A stretch of DNA of 64,000 bases, taken from positions 480,001 through 544,000 of the forward strand of contig CAWIEK010000053.1 of assembly GCA_963835065.1 (NCBI GenBank). Reading direction: 5' to 3'. The DNA comes from an uncultured Chthonomonadaceae bacterium (GTDB taxonomy: Bacteria; Armatimonadota; Chthonomonadetes; Chthonomonadales; Chthonomonadaceae). This document shows, one piece after another, positions 9,598 through 19,034 of the stretch. Position 1 is the first letter of the stretch. The number at the start of each line of letters is the position of its first letter. Both the position numbers and the translations under genes were made by a program. The notes beneath the pieces were generated by a model, which saw nothing but the letters and a program-made list of their open reading frames with translations, was not told where the DNA came from and did no database searches.

Positions 9598-12447
9598 CTA
9601 TTTTTCCATTCCAATGGCATCCACGCCGACCAGATAGCCGGAACCCGCCGCGTTTTTACCTGTTACGCGGAAGGTCACTTTATGCGTTCCCGCCGTCAAG
9701 TCCAGCGCGCCCAATTCTGCGCGGCCTTTGGCTTTTACTTCTGTCGAGTAGCAGTCAATGGGGCTGCCGATTTCCTTGCCGTCTACCAGCGTTTGCACGA
9801 TGCCGTAGTCTTTCGCGGTTGTGAGATAGACCACGAAATTCACTTTGCCGTCAGTGGCGACGGGCAGTTCCAGCGTGACCTGCGCCCCCGGCTTCTGGCC
9901 GTGAAACCATAATTGCGTATCGCCGCTCCAATTCGGGCCGAAGCCCTTCATGTCCTGCGTGTCCGTGTTGCCGTCTTTGGACTCGACCACCTTCAAGCCT
10001 TCCGCTTCCACCGCGTTGCGATAGCGTTGCTTGACAAGACGGAGGTAGTCTAAGGTCAGGGTTGGTTTCGGGCCTGTGCCGGTCAGTACGAGATTATGCT
10101 GGCCGGGTTTCATGTGCAGCAGGGTTGTAAAGCGTAATTTTTGTATGCCTTTCGCATCCGGGGGCAGGGCAGCCGTTTGCGGCGGCATGTCATCGCCCTG
10201 CAAGACCCACGCGCTTGTCGTGTCCGCCGCGTCTACCGCCAGTTCGACGGTATAATCCGCTTCCTGCGTCACCTGCACGGGCAGTACGAGTATCTCTTTG
10301 GGCATGACCGGCAGCCAGCGCAACGCGCCCCCGCCGCTGTATTCGGCATGGGCGTCTATCAAACTCGTGTCGGTTTTCTCGTGCCCGGTGAGTTTTTCCA
10401 GCAGCGACTCGCCCTCCACGACACCCGCTTCCTTGTGGCTAGGGTCTAAGCGCAGGTAATCCACATACGCCCGCCCGCCGTCCGGCATATCTAATGTCAA
10501 CTGGTGCGTACCCGGCTTCAAGCGTACAAACGTGGACAGTTCCGCCCGGCTGCCGCCCGAACCCGGAGGCATGGCCGGCAGGGCCAGGGTTTTGGCCGTG
10601 TTGCCGTCCACGCTGATGTTTACGGTACGCGCCGCGCCGGGCAGGTTTAAGGCGGCAAGGCGAACCGTGTAATTGTCATCGTTTTTCGCGCTGAATACGG
10701 CAGTGGGATGATCGCCGCTGACAACCGCCACTTTGCCGCCACTGGCTTCGAGCGGCAGCGTTTCGTCCGACATCGTATGGACGCTGCCGCCCGTCCACGT
10801 CAGATTTTCCGCTTCCTGCGCGTTTTCCGCCATGATGGGCGTGGGCGTCAACTGCTTTACATCAATGGGCGACCAGTCGTGCATCGCGCCTTCCTGATAC
10901 CAGTACGCCACGCAACTGTACACGGCTCCGGGATAATCGTTCGTGCCGCCGTGTTCGATGTCTATCTTGAAATCATGCCGGAATGGGACGCAATCCTGTA
11001 TCTGGAAACGGTACGCGGAGACGCGCGAAATGTTGTCTTCCTTGATGGTCGCGCCGTGATACGCGAGGTTAAATGGCCCTTGATCGAAGTACCAGCCGCC
11101 CGTATAAAAGTCTTCCGTGCCGGTTCCGTAAATGGACGGGAACGTTTCGCCGTCTACATAGACCTTTTCGTCGCCTTCCAGAAACCCGATGCCGCGGTCC
11201 CCCTGCATATCGGTATGTTCCCCGACGTAATGCCCGCGCCCTTTTACATCCAGAATGTGGAAATACTCGCCCGCAACGGTTGTTTGCCGATGCCACTGCG
11301 CATGGAAGTATCCGGCGTTCGCAAGCGGCTTGTCTAGTTTTTGCGACTCGATGCGATAGGAAACCAGACTCAAATCCGTCTTGCCGGTATTGACGAGTTC
11401 AAACCGGGCCGAACGCGCAAACGGCATCGGCCAGTAGCAGGAGTAGCCCGAATCGCGCATCGCTGTGGGCAGCGAAACCATGCGCTTATCTCCAAACCCC
11501 ACGCCAAAGAAATCCCCAACGGGCGATTCAATGGCAGGCTTCGCAGCGCCATCCCAATACACGCGCAACAGGGTTTGCCGCAGGCTTTGACGGTCGGCGG
11601 GAACAACAGCCAGATGCAGTCCCGTCACTTCGCCCGCGCCGCTCAGGGTTGCGAACGTTTTCGATTGCCCCGCTTCCAATCGGGTAATTCCTGACGCCGT
11701 ACGCGTTTTGGCTTTTACATCCTGATAATTGGTCAGTTGCGCCGTATAAGGATTCTGCCCCAAACTTCTCCACTGCGCAAGGACGACTTGCAGCGCGTCC
11801 TTGTCTTCGCTCGTCAGTTCGCGGGTGAAGGTGCGGATGGGAGTGGCATCGGGAAAGCGCTGATACTGCACGTGGTAGTACAAGCCGCCCGGATCGGTCA
11901 CTTCGATACGGCAACTCTTTTGGAACGGCATCGGGAAGAAGCAGTACCAGCCGCCGCTTCTATGGCCCACAATCGGTTCCACGAACGGCGCGACCTTGCC
12001 GACAAACAAATCCTGCATCGGGCAGTCAATGCGGGGCGCATCCTCGCCGTCAAAGAAGATTTTCAAATGCCCGGCGGCATTAGCGGACCAGAAGCGGTAA
12101 ATGCACCCCGGTCCCTTAATGTCCGCCAGAATCGCTTTGTTGCCTTCCTTCTTGAAGTAGTGGTCGGCATCGCCATTGCCGCCGCTCGGATCGTAACTCG
12201 AATCCTGGAAACAGCGCGTATCGCGCAGCATCGGAAGCAGATCGAACCGCGCCATGAGGGGCAAGCCATACGGCAGCGCAGCCGTGTTCGGAACCGTCGT
12301 CACGGGATTGAGCGAGTACGTAGAGCCGGGGCCGGGAATGGCTTTCACATCTTCTTTTTTGCCCTGCTGCGCGCGGGCCATCCCTAACGCGCCCACCGCA
12401 GCAACCAAACCAACGAACAAGCGTAAATAGAATTTCACCATGAGCAT
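9598..12447 (-). CDS. Secreted DUF2961/GH172-family glycoside hydrolase with C-terminal CBM-like domains
   Basis: GPGCIYRFWS, PVGDFFG, YWPMPF, EGDE, GTGTEDFY.GGWYF, SAYRF, IEHG, AYWYQ; signal peptide; repeated EAE/EGE modules. Confidence 0.85.
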   Translation of the reverse strand: MLMVKFYLRLFVGLVAAVGALGMARAQQGKKEDVKAIPGPGSTYSLNPVTTVPNTAALPYGLPLMARFDLLPMLRDTRCFQDSSYDPSGGNGDADHYFKKEGNKAILADIKGPGCIYRFWSANAAGHLKIFFDGEDAPRIDCPMQDLFVGKVAPFVEPIVGHRSGGWYCFFPMPFQKSCRIEVTDPGGLYYHVQYQRFPDATPIRTFTRELTSEDKDALQVVLAQWRSLGQNPYTAQLTNYQDVKAKTRTASGITRLEAGQSKTFATLSGAGEVTGLHLAVVPADRQSLRQTLLRVYWDGAAKPAIESPVGDFFGVGFGDKRMVSLPTAMRDSGYSCYWPMPFARSARFELVNTGKTDLSLVSYRIESQKLDKPLANAGYFHAQWHRQTTVAGEYFHILDVKGRGHYVGEHTDMQGDRGIGFLEGDEKVYVDGETFPSIYGTGTEDFYTGGWYFDQGPFNLAYHGATIKEDNISRVSAYRFQIQDCVPFRHDFKIDIEHGGTNDYPGAVYSCVAYWYQEGAMHDWSPIDVKQLTPTPIMAENAQEAENLTWTGGSVHTMSDETLPLEASGGKVAVVSGDHPTAVFSAKNDDNYTVRLAALNLPGAARTVNISVDGNTAKTLALPAMPPGSGGSRAELSTFVRLKPGTHQLTLDMPDGGRAYVDYLRLDPSHKEAGVVEGESLLEKLTGHEKTDTSLIDAHAEYSGGGALRWLPVMPKEILVLPVQVTQEADYTVELAVDAADTTSAWVLQGDDMPPQTAALPPDAKGIQKLRFTTLLHMKPGQHNLVLTGTGPKPTLTLDYLRLVKQRYRNAVEAEGLKVVESKDGNTDTQDMKGFGPNWSGDTQLWFHGQKPGAQVTLELPVATDGKVNFVVYLTTAKDYGIVQTLVDGKEIGSPIDCYSTEVKAKGRAELGALDLTAGTHKVTFRVTGKNAAGSGYLVGVDAIGMEK

Positions 12448-12537
12448 AAAATATTTTCCCTGCAATATATTTGATTTTATTTGCGTGTATTCGCGTGTAT
12501 TTGCGGCTAAATAGAAACGGTTTGTCTTCACCTGCGG

Positions 12538-13278
12538 CTAATCTTCGGGCAACGCCGCCGCAATTTCCGCATTGATGCGCTGCGCGGCTTCAACCGGGTC
12601 TGGCGCGGCGACAATGGGCCGTCCGACGACAAGGAAATTCGCGCCGCGCCGAATGGCTTCTCCCGGCGTCATTACCCGCGCCTGATCGCCAACCGCCGCG
12701 CCAGCCGGACGCACACCCGGCGTAACAATCAGAAAGTCAGGGTCGAGAATGGCGCTGCGGATGGTTTCGATCTCCTGCGGCGCGGCAATCACGCCGTCAC
12801 AGCCCGCCGTATAGGCCATATTCGCCAGATGCGCGACGTGTTCGGGCAGGGACGCGCCAACCTCAAGTTCGCACCTCAAGACACGTTCGCTGATGCTCGT
12901 CAGCACGGTCACGGCTAAAACTTTGGGTGGCGGCAGATGGTTTTGCTCCGCCTGCGCGCGTACTGTTTCCACCGCCGCGCGCAGCATAGCCGCTCCCCCG
13001 CCCGCATGTACCGTGACGCTCCACAGGTTCATGCCGCCGATACTGCGCATCGCGCCCGCAACTGTGTTGGGAATATCATGCAGTTTGGCGTCATAAAAGA
13101 AGCGTTCCGCGCCCGCTTCGCGCAGAATGTCGAAAATGCCCACGCCCGCCGCGTTGATCAGTTCCAGTCCCACCTTGAACACGCCCACATATTCTTTCAG
13201 TAGCGTGACCAGTTGCACGGCTTTCTCCGTGTTATCTACATCCAGCGCTACGATGATCCGATTGTTTGTCGTCGTCAT
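12538..13278 (-). CDS. pyrF: Orotidine-5'-phosphate decarboxylase
   Basis: IIVALD, FKVGLEL, DAKLHDIPNTV, VTVLTS, VTPGVRP, DQARVMTP, VVGRPI. Confidence 0.97.
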   Translation of the reverse strand: MTTTNNRIIVALDVDNTEKAVQLVTLLKEYVGVFKVGLELINAAGVGIFDILREAGAERFFYDAKLHDIPNTVAGAMRSIGGMNLWSVTVHAGGGAAMLRAAVETVRAQAEQNHLPPPKVLAVTVLTSISERVLRCELEVGASLPEHVAHLANMAYTAGCDGVIAAPQEIETIRSAILDPDFLIVTPGVRPAGAAVGDQARVMTPGEAIRRGANFLVVGRPIVAAPDPVEAAQRINAEIAAALPED

Positions 13279-13308
13279 GCTTCACCTGTTCTCCCGTTGT
13301 ACAACCGT

Positions 13309-14043
13309 TTACGCCAATCTTACCCGAATTTCATTGATCAAACGCGCAACATTGGGATGGTTCCTTGTCTTCACGCAGTTTTCAATCAGCGCGACTCTGC
13401 TATGCGTTGCCGGTCTGCCGGAAGCAGATACAAAGCGCAGCAGCATTTCAAACAACTGCTTCCCTCGTATGTTCCTCTGATAATTGCTCATGACTTCATT
13501 GAGCGTGGCAGCAGCGGGAGGGCGATACCCTCGTTTTGTGACAAACGACGGGTGAATACCTGTTCCAAGTCGCACTATGTCACCAATTTTTATATCTACC
13601 ATGAAGAGGCGGCCTGCCCTGTACTCTTCCACTTCAAAAGCGAACCATTGACTTATCGCTTCCACAAGCAGACGATGCTCATTGGCTTCGTTCCCGTCTA
13701 ATAAACGTTCAATATCGGAATGTGAGTAAATGTCGTTCTCGATGCTGTAACCTTCGGTAAAGAGAACATCCGCGTACTCAGCCGGAACAGCCGAGTATAG
13801 CCACATATCTCTGTCCGCAACAAAAACAACCTTTTTGCCCGCGAATTCAGAGCGGCGTAGGAAAACTTCCAGAAGCGCATTGCGTCCGCCACAAAGCAAA
13901 AAGTCAGCCTGCGCCCACCCCAATAATCCCTGCATCCATCGGTAAATCACCGCATCATCAGAGCCTTCTACAAGAACGGTAGGGAGTGAGGATCGCTTGA
14001 TTAGTTGAACAAGTTCATCAACCGTAGGAACCGGCAGCGGCAT
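13309..14043 (-). CDS. DUF4435 TOPRIM-like protein (PARIS AriB-like)
   Basis: VLVEGSDD, GGR, VADRD, GYSIEND, IRGK; directly downstream of an ABC-type ATPase. Confidence 0.8.
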   Translation of the reverse strand: MPLPVPTVDELVQLIKRSSLPTVLVEGSDDAVIYRWMQGLLGWAQADFLLCGGRNALLEVFLRRSEFAGKKVVFVADRDMWLYSAVPAEYADVLFTEGYSIENDIYSHSDIERLLDGNEANEHRLLVEAISQWFAFEVEEYRAGRLFMVDIKIGDIVRLGTGIHPSFVTKRGYRPPAAATLNEVMSNYQRNIRGKQLFEMLLRFVSASGRPATHSRVALIENCVKTRNHPNVARLINEIRVRLA

Positions 14044-14049
14044 CGCAAT

Positions 14050-15189
14050 CTACTCTCCACGATCCGGGTTCAGCGCGATCTCTTTATCCGTGTATTTGGA
14101 ATAGATGAACGGAGAGTGTGTCGCAATGATGAACTGATTGTTCGTGCCCTGCGACTCCAGCACGGAAAACAAAATGCGCTGCCAATCCACATGCAGGCTA
14201 ATCTCCGGCTCATCTATGAAAAACGTCTGGTTCTTCATAAATGCGTTGTACACGACAAAACCAAGCATCTGCTTTTCTCCGGCAGATAAAAATTCGGATG
14301 ATATGGCGTCTTTGATCTCTCCAAAATTTATTCCGGGAGCGATATTGATGCCTTTATGTTGAAACAGTTGGCTGATCAACTCTGTCAGCGCAGTCAGGGG
14401 CTGAAGTAAATGTGACTGATGGCTCGTGTTATCAGAGACAAGTTTCTGAATTTGATTTAATGTTTCCGTCAGTTGGTCGGATGTGGCAGAGTCCTTACGC
14501 GCACCTTCAAGGGGGGTGTATTGACTTAGCGCTGATGTAATTTTTTGTGAAAGAACAAAGTTCTCCTGATTGACACGTTCCAAGGTTTCCGTATAAAAGT
14601 CTGTCAAAATACCAATGACGTCCTGTGTTGACAGGGAGGCGATAAATCGGTGGCCGGCGGCGCTAAGAAATTCCGATAACTCGCGCATTGCCTCTTCAAC
14701 TTTCGTAACCGTTGCGCTATAGGCAGAATCATGGCCGAACGGTTTTTCCGGCCTGCTCATCGCAAACCCGCCCTCAATGCGTCTGAAAGTCGGAAAGAAC
14801 AGGGAGGCTCCGGGCGCTTCCACCAATCTCCTTTTCAGTTCGTACATTGAAACTTCAGCAGGAAGTCCATCGAGCAGCGCTTTGAAATTCGGATACTGCT
14901 CCGAGTTACCTTCACTGTCTATAAATTTCCACGTCGCTGTTCCTTCCTCCCGTTTTGATCTGTTCACCAAAACGGATAAGATGTAGGCGTCCGTTTCCAC
15001 AGTGGCAGCGTCAAAGGTAATTTCAGACATGACGCGATCAAGATTGCCGCTGATCATGTACCAGGCAAGTTTTAGAAGCGTAGTTTTGCCGCAGCCGTTT
15101 CTGCCCGTAAGGACGTTCATATCCGGGTGGAAGCACAAATCAAAGTCTGTGTGTCCATGCAGTTTTTTAACGGTCAGCCGCTTGATCAT
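14050..15189 (-). CDS. AAA_15/AAA_21 ABC-type ATPase (PARIS AriA-like)
   Basis: Walker A GRNGCGKT, FPTFRRIE, LSAGEKQ, FIDEPEISLHVDWQ, IATHSPFI. Confidence 0.85.
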   Translation of the reverse strand: MIKRLTVKKLHGHTDFDLCFHPDMNVLTGRNGCGKTTLLKLAWYMISGNLDRVMSEITFDAATVETDAYILSVLVNRSKREEGTATWKFIDSEGNSEQYPNFKALLDGLPAEVSMYELKRRLVEAPGASLFFPTFRRIEGGFAMSRPEKPFGHDSAYSATVTKVEEAMRELSEFLSAAGHRFIASLSTQDVIGILTDFYTETLERVNQENFVLSQKITSALSQYTPLEGARKDSATSDQLTETLNQIQKLVSDNTSHQSHLLQPLTALTELISQLFQHKGINIAPGINFGEIKDAISSEFLSAGEKQMLGFVVYNAFMKNQTFFIDEPEISLHVDWQRILFSVLESQGTNNQFIIATHSPFIYSKYTDKEIALNPDRGE

Positions 15190-15279
15190 CTTGTCTCGTT
15201 CCTGCTTTGTGGGTACAAGTTAGCCACAAATCTGAAGACGCCTTTTGTGGGCATGAAGTTGCGCGGGGCAGACACGCGC

Positions 15280-16098
15280 TTACGCCTTCACCCAAAACTG
15301 ATCCCATGCCTGCCAGAAGGTTTCGCCACGCGATATGACAAGGCGCGGGTTGACCACTTCGACGCCGGGTTTGCCCTGCCATTCCGAGGCGCGATCCGGC
15401 GTCGCTAATTCGACGGTGAACGCGACGGGGCCGGGGAATTTGAGCGGTTTGGGCCAGTTGCGCATCGTCAGTGCGCTGTACACGCGGCCTTCGATGAGGT
15501 TGCAGGCGTCGCCGGCGGGCTTATGGCGCGCGCTGAAACGCCCCAACCCGGTTTTTACGGATGCGGTCACGACTTGTGGGCCGAGCAGGGCTTGCACTTC
15601 TCGGCATGTTGCGGCATCCCCGGAAACAAAGACGCATGGGCAGTCGAAATCGCCGCAAATCGCCGCCACAATGCCCGATTCGCCAACCAGCGTATCATTA
15701 ATTTTCGCGTTGTACCAGGCTTGCGAGGAAACGGTGTGGCACAAAATGCCGTCGGGCGTCCCGGCCATCGCGTGCGCCCCGACAAATAAGGCCGCGTCAC
15801 AGCCCGCCTGCAACGGCTCTATATACCGCGCCCAGGCGTAGCCCAACACGTACTCCGCGCCCGATTCGAGCAGTTCCGGGATCAGGCTTTTGAAACTCCA
15901 CGCCCCGCCCGCGCCGTGCCCGTCCACAACAACGATTTCCGTTGCGCCCGCCCGCTTGCAGCCCCGTACCGCCGCGTTAATTTCCTGCGTGTACAGGCGG
16001 CGGCCTTCCTCATACAACGCGGCCCCGCCGTTGACCTGTTCCCACACGGAAATGCCGGCAACGCCTTCCATATCGCACCAAAGTTGAACGCGCATCAC
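15280..16098 (-). CDS. M55 family D-aminopeptidase (DppA-like)
   Basis: DMEGVAG, VVDGHG, FVGAHA, LCHT, VGESGI, VSGD. Confidence 0.9.
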   Translation of the reverse strand: MMRVQLWCDMEGVAGISVWEQVNGGAALYEEGRRLYTQEINAAVRGCKRAGATEIVVVDGHGAGGAWSFKSLIPELLESGAEYVLGYAWARYIEPLQAGCDAALFVGAHAMAGTPDGILCHTVSSQAWYNAKINDTLVGESGIVAAICGDFDCPCVFVSGDAATCREVQALLGPQVVTASVKTGLGRFSARHKPAGDACNLIEGRVYSALTMRNWPKPLKFPGPVAFTVELATPDRASEWQGKPGVEVVNPRLVISRGETFWQAWDQFWVKA

Positions 16099-16203
16099 AG
16101 TCCCCTTTTCTTGTATGCCTCTTTATTCGCCACCGTCACCGGGTTTCCCTTCTTCACCTTTCCAACTCACCATTCCAATGTTCTCACGCAAACCCAAAGC
16201 GAA

Positions 16204-16233
16204 CGCGGGCAGCCCAAATTAAGGCTGCCCGCG
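16204..16233 (-). terminator. Probable intrinsic terminator
   Basis: cgcgggcagcc-8nt-ggctgcccgcg hairpin with a T-rich tail on the minus strand. Confidence 0.6.
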
Positions 16234-16358
16234 CTATTCACACACGTTTGATTATTTTCATTGACGATGCAGAAAAGAATGAACTTGTTGAGGCATGTGT
16301 ACCTTGTGCCCATATACGCAGGCGCATCCAAATACCCTCAACTCTCAACCCTCAACCC

Positions 16359-16562
16359 TCAACTCCCATCATAGATATGGCTGGGCGTTTCCTCGCTCTC
16401 CTCGGTCTGCCAGTTGTCGCAGTCCAGGCGCTTGCAATGCAGCATACGGCGGCTATTGCCACTCGCCATTTCGACCGTCGCAATGGCGGCGTGGCGGCAG
16501 GAAAGACACAGGGACGGTTCCAGCAGGCGGACGATGCGCAGTTTGGTATCTTCGTTTTTCAT
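16359..16562 (-). CDS. Small Cys-rich hypothetical protein
   Basis: 67 aa with CLSC and CKRLDCDNW; followed by a heptamer array and a terminator. Confidence 0.65.
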   Translation of the reverse strand: MKNEDTKLRIVRLLEPSLCLSCRHAAIATVEMASGNSRRMLHCKRLDCDNWQTEESEETPSHIYDGS

Positions 16563-16943
16563 GGTTATAAACCCCGATAAGGTGGATGATCCTGTTTATG
16601 TTGTTGATAGCAATCAGCATCGCGCGGATAGTTTGCAAACCGCCCTGCGCCGCCCGCAATTTTGGAAAAACCGCTTCTTCGCGCCCTGCATCCCGCATCC
16701 GCCAATCGCTCGGTTTGTTCGCTTTGAAACAGACCGCAAAATGTCGCCGTCTGTGCAGAACGTGTGCATTATCGGCGCAATCGGCCCGGTTCCTGAGAGG
16801 GTATGGAGAGTACGGCGCGTTGTTGGGCATAGGATGAATCAACGGTCAGGAATGTTCCCAGGATTATACTGAAAATGATACGAGGTTTGGGTGTTGAGTG
16901 TTCGGTATTTGGTATTTGGAATGGAATAGTCCAATAAATTTGC

Positions 16944-17690
16944 CTACAACCGGGGAACGGTGGGAGGGCCTTCCATAAGCGGATTGTTTTTGAGTTTTTG
17001 CTGCGCGGCCTCGTACTGTTCGCGGCTGATGGTGTCGCCGTTGCGCAGGTGGACGGTTCCGTCGGAACCTGTACCAGGCGGCAATCCCAAACGCGGAATA
17101 GCGCGTTGTATGGCGCGGCGCGCGGCAGCCTCGTTCGGGTCGCCCGTGAGCGGAATTTCGTCGCGCCCCGGTTCGGCAAGGCGGATGCCATTCGGCAAAA
17201 CGCCGGATGTTCCCGCAGCGGACATACCCGGCGGCAGTTGGAATCCGGGCGCGTTTGCGGCGGGCGCGGCGCGATGAAACGTAAACCACACCACAACGCC
17301 CGCCGTCAGCAGCGCGCCGGACAGTATCAGCGGCTTCTTACTGCCACGCCGGGGCGCGGCAACAGCGTCCGGCACAGAATTGACTGCTCCAGGCGTTTGC
17401 CAGTTCCCCTGCGAATTGCCCGGTTGAGCGTTCATTGCCTGCGGATTGACCCACTGCGGATGTACCGCCTGCGGATTCATCCCCGGTGACTTCGTTATCG
17501 GCGGAACTATCGGCGGCGCTGCGCCCGCCTGCTGCGCCCACCCCGCCACCGTTGGCGTATTCATGGCTTCGGGCGGCGGCAGCGACGCCTTGCACTGCCA
17601 GCATTGCGCCTGCCCGACGAAATTATTGGCGCGGCAGCGTGGACACGCCAGCCGCTGCGGGCTGTTATCTGACCTCATGCCTGCCTCCAA
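16944..17690 (-). CDS. Zinc-ribbon, single-TM, Pro-rich hypothetical protein
   Basis: CPRC..N....CWQC, low-complexity linker, TM helix. Confidence 0.7.
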   Translation of the reverse strand: MEAGMRSDNSPQRLACPRCRANNFVGQAQCWQCKASLPPPEAMNTPTVAGWAQQAGAAPPIVPPITKSPGMNPQAVHPQWVNPQAMNAQPGNSQGNWQTPGAVNSVPDAVAAPRRGSKKPLILSGALLTAGVVVWFTFHRAAPAANAPGFQLPPGMSAAGTSGVLPNGIRLAEPGRDEIPLTGDPNEAAARRAIQRAIPRLGLPPGTGSDGTVHLRNGDTISREQYEAAQQKLKNNPLMEGPPTVPRL

Positions 17691-17708
17691 AAGAACAAAG
17701 CAGAGTTA

Positions 17709-17906
17709 GGGAACCGCGAAACACACGAAATAAACGAAAAAGACCCAAAAGAAGACAGAAGACAAAAGACAGAAGAACATGGATGTATGAGTTTATCACC
17801 GCACAGTAAGCGGAATAATTTTGCGCATAATCCTGTTAATCCTCAAAATCCTGTCTATTTTCCTTTCGCTTTTCGTTTCGTTTAGTTCGTGTGTTTCGCG
17901 GTTCCC
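17709..17906. repeat. Inverted repeat enclosing nested GACAGAA and AATCCTG-type arrays
   Basis: gggaaccgcgaaacacacgaaataaacgaaa ... tttcgtttagttcgtgtgtttcgcggttccc; the right arm recurs at about 45876-45906. Confidence 0.85.
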
Positions 17907-17917
17907 AACTCTGTTTC

Positions 17918-18907
17918 CTATTTCATCACGTAGTTTCCCGGCGTTGTGGAGCCTTTTGCCAGGCCGAGGACGAACTTGATTCCGCCCAGGACGTGCTGCT
18001 GGTAGATCGAGTCGCGCCACATTTCGTCCCGGTGGCCGAGCGCGGTGTAGAACACGCGGCCTTTGCCGTACATTTTGGACCACGCGACCAAGTGCTGGCC
18101 GGGCTTGCCCGCTTCAGGACTCTGGTCGTTGGGGTAGTGGTCAATGTCGAGCAGGACATGCACTTTAGACGGATCATTGTTCTTGAAGATGTACGTTTCC
18201 TCATACGTCTTCCACTTCGTGCCGCCCATCGGCATGGTGTTTTTGTGCGTGTCCACGCTGGATTGCGTCCCATTTTTGCCGGCTTCCACCACGGGCTTCA
18301 TGGCGGGGAAGTCGGGGTCGCGGATGGTCAGTTCGTTTTCGCTTTGCGCGTGGTGCGTCTCGAACTCGCCGCCGAGCATCTGCACATAGGGCGTGGGCAT
18401 ACCCTTCTCTTTGCCTTCGTAGGGAGTCGCCCACGTATGGAAGGTATCGCCGCCCGCGTGGATGGCCGCGAAACCGTGCCCCGCTTTGATGTAATCGAGA
18501 AAGCCCTGCGGGTCGGGCAGGGGCAGTTCGCCGGTCGTGTTGGCGAACACAACCGCATCGTACTTTTTCAGCGCGGTGGGCGACATTTTTTCCGCCAGCA
18601 CGGACTTGATCGCGTCCTGCAACGCTTTTTTCTCATCATCCGTGCCCTGATGGGCGTACAGGTTGGAGTCGGCGTCGGCATAATCCGTTTCCCACAGGCC
18701 GCTGTCATCGCCCAATTTGGCAATCACTTCGCGGGCGAGGGCAATGCTGCTCGTATGCCGAAATCCGGTCGTCGTACTCACAACAAGCAGATGCTTCTTC
18801 GCCTTCTTCGCGGGCGCAGCCGTAGAATGGGGCAACGCCAAAGCAACGGCAAACGCGCCGGCAGTCAGCGCAAACGCTGCATTCAGCAGCGAACGTCGGG
18901 TTCTCAT
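17918..18907 (-). CDS. Secreted ThuA-like domain protein
   Basis: TTGFRHTSSI, YDAVVFANTTGE, GFAAIHA, GGEF..H, YGKGRVFYTALGH. Confidence 0.9.
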   Translation of the reverse strand: MRTRRSLLNAAFALTAGAFAVALALPHSTAAPAKKAKKHLLVVSTTTGFRHTSSIALAREVIAKLGDDSGLWETDYADADSNLYAHQGTDDEKKALQDAIKSVLAEKMSPTALKKYDAVVFANTTGELPLPDPQGFLDYIKAGHGFAAIHAGGDTFHTWATPYEGKEKGMPTPYVQMLGGEFETHHAQSENELTIRDPDFPAMKPVVEAGKNGTQSSVDTHKNTMPMGGTKWKTYEETYIFKNNDPSKVHVLLDIDHYPNDQSPEAGKPGQHLVAWSKMYGKGRVFYTALGHRDEMWRDSIYQQHVLGGIKFVLGLAKGSTTPGNYVMK

Positions 18908-18920
18908 GGTGTTCCTTTCA

Positions 18921-19033
18921 GGTGTTCAGGTGTTCGGGTATTCAGGTGTTCAGTATGATCGCTTTCCGCGCTAAAGTAAACTTCTATACTCTTGTATTTC
19001 CTGAACACCTGAATACCCGAACACCTGAACACC
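18921..19033. repeat. Perfect 33-bp inverted repeat of octamer units
   Basis: ggtgttcaggtgttcgggtattcaggtgttcag / ctgaacacctgaatacccgaacacctgaacacc. Confidence 0.9.
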
Positions 19034-19034
19034 C

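Noticed and set aside
16414..16872. ORFs of 83-152 aa on both strands
   Set aside because: Mutually overlapping with no motifs or RBS; treated as intergenic.
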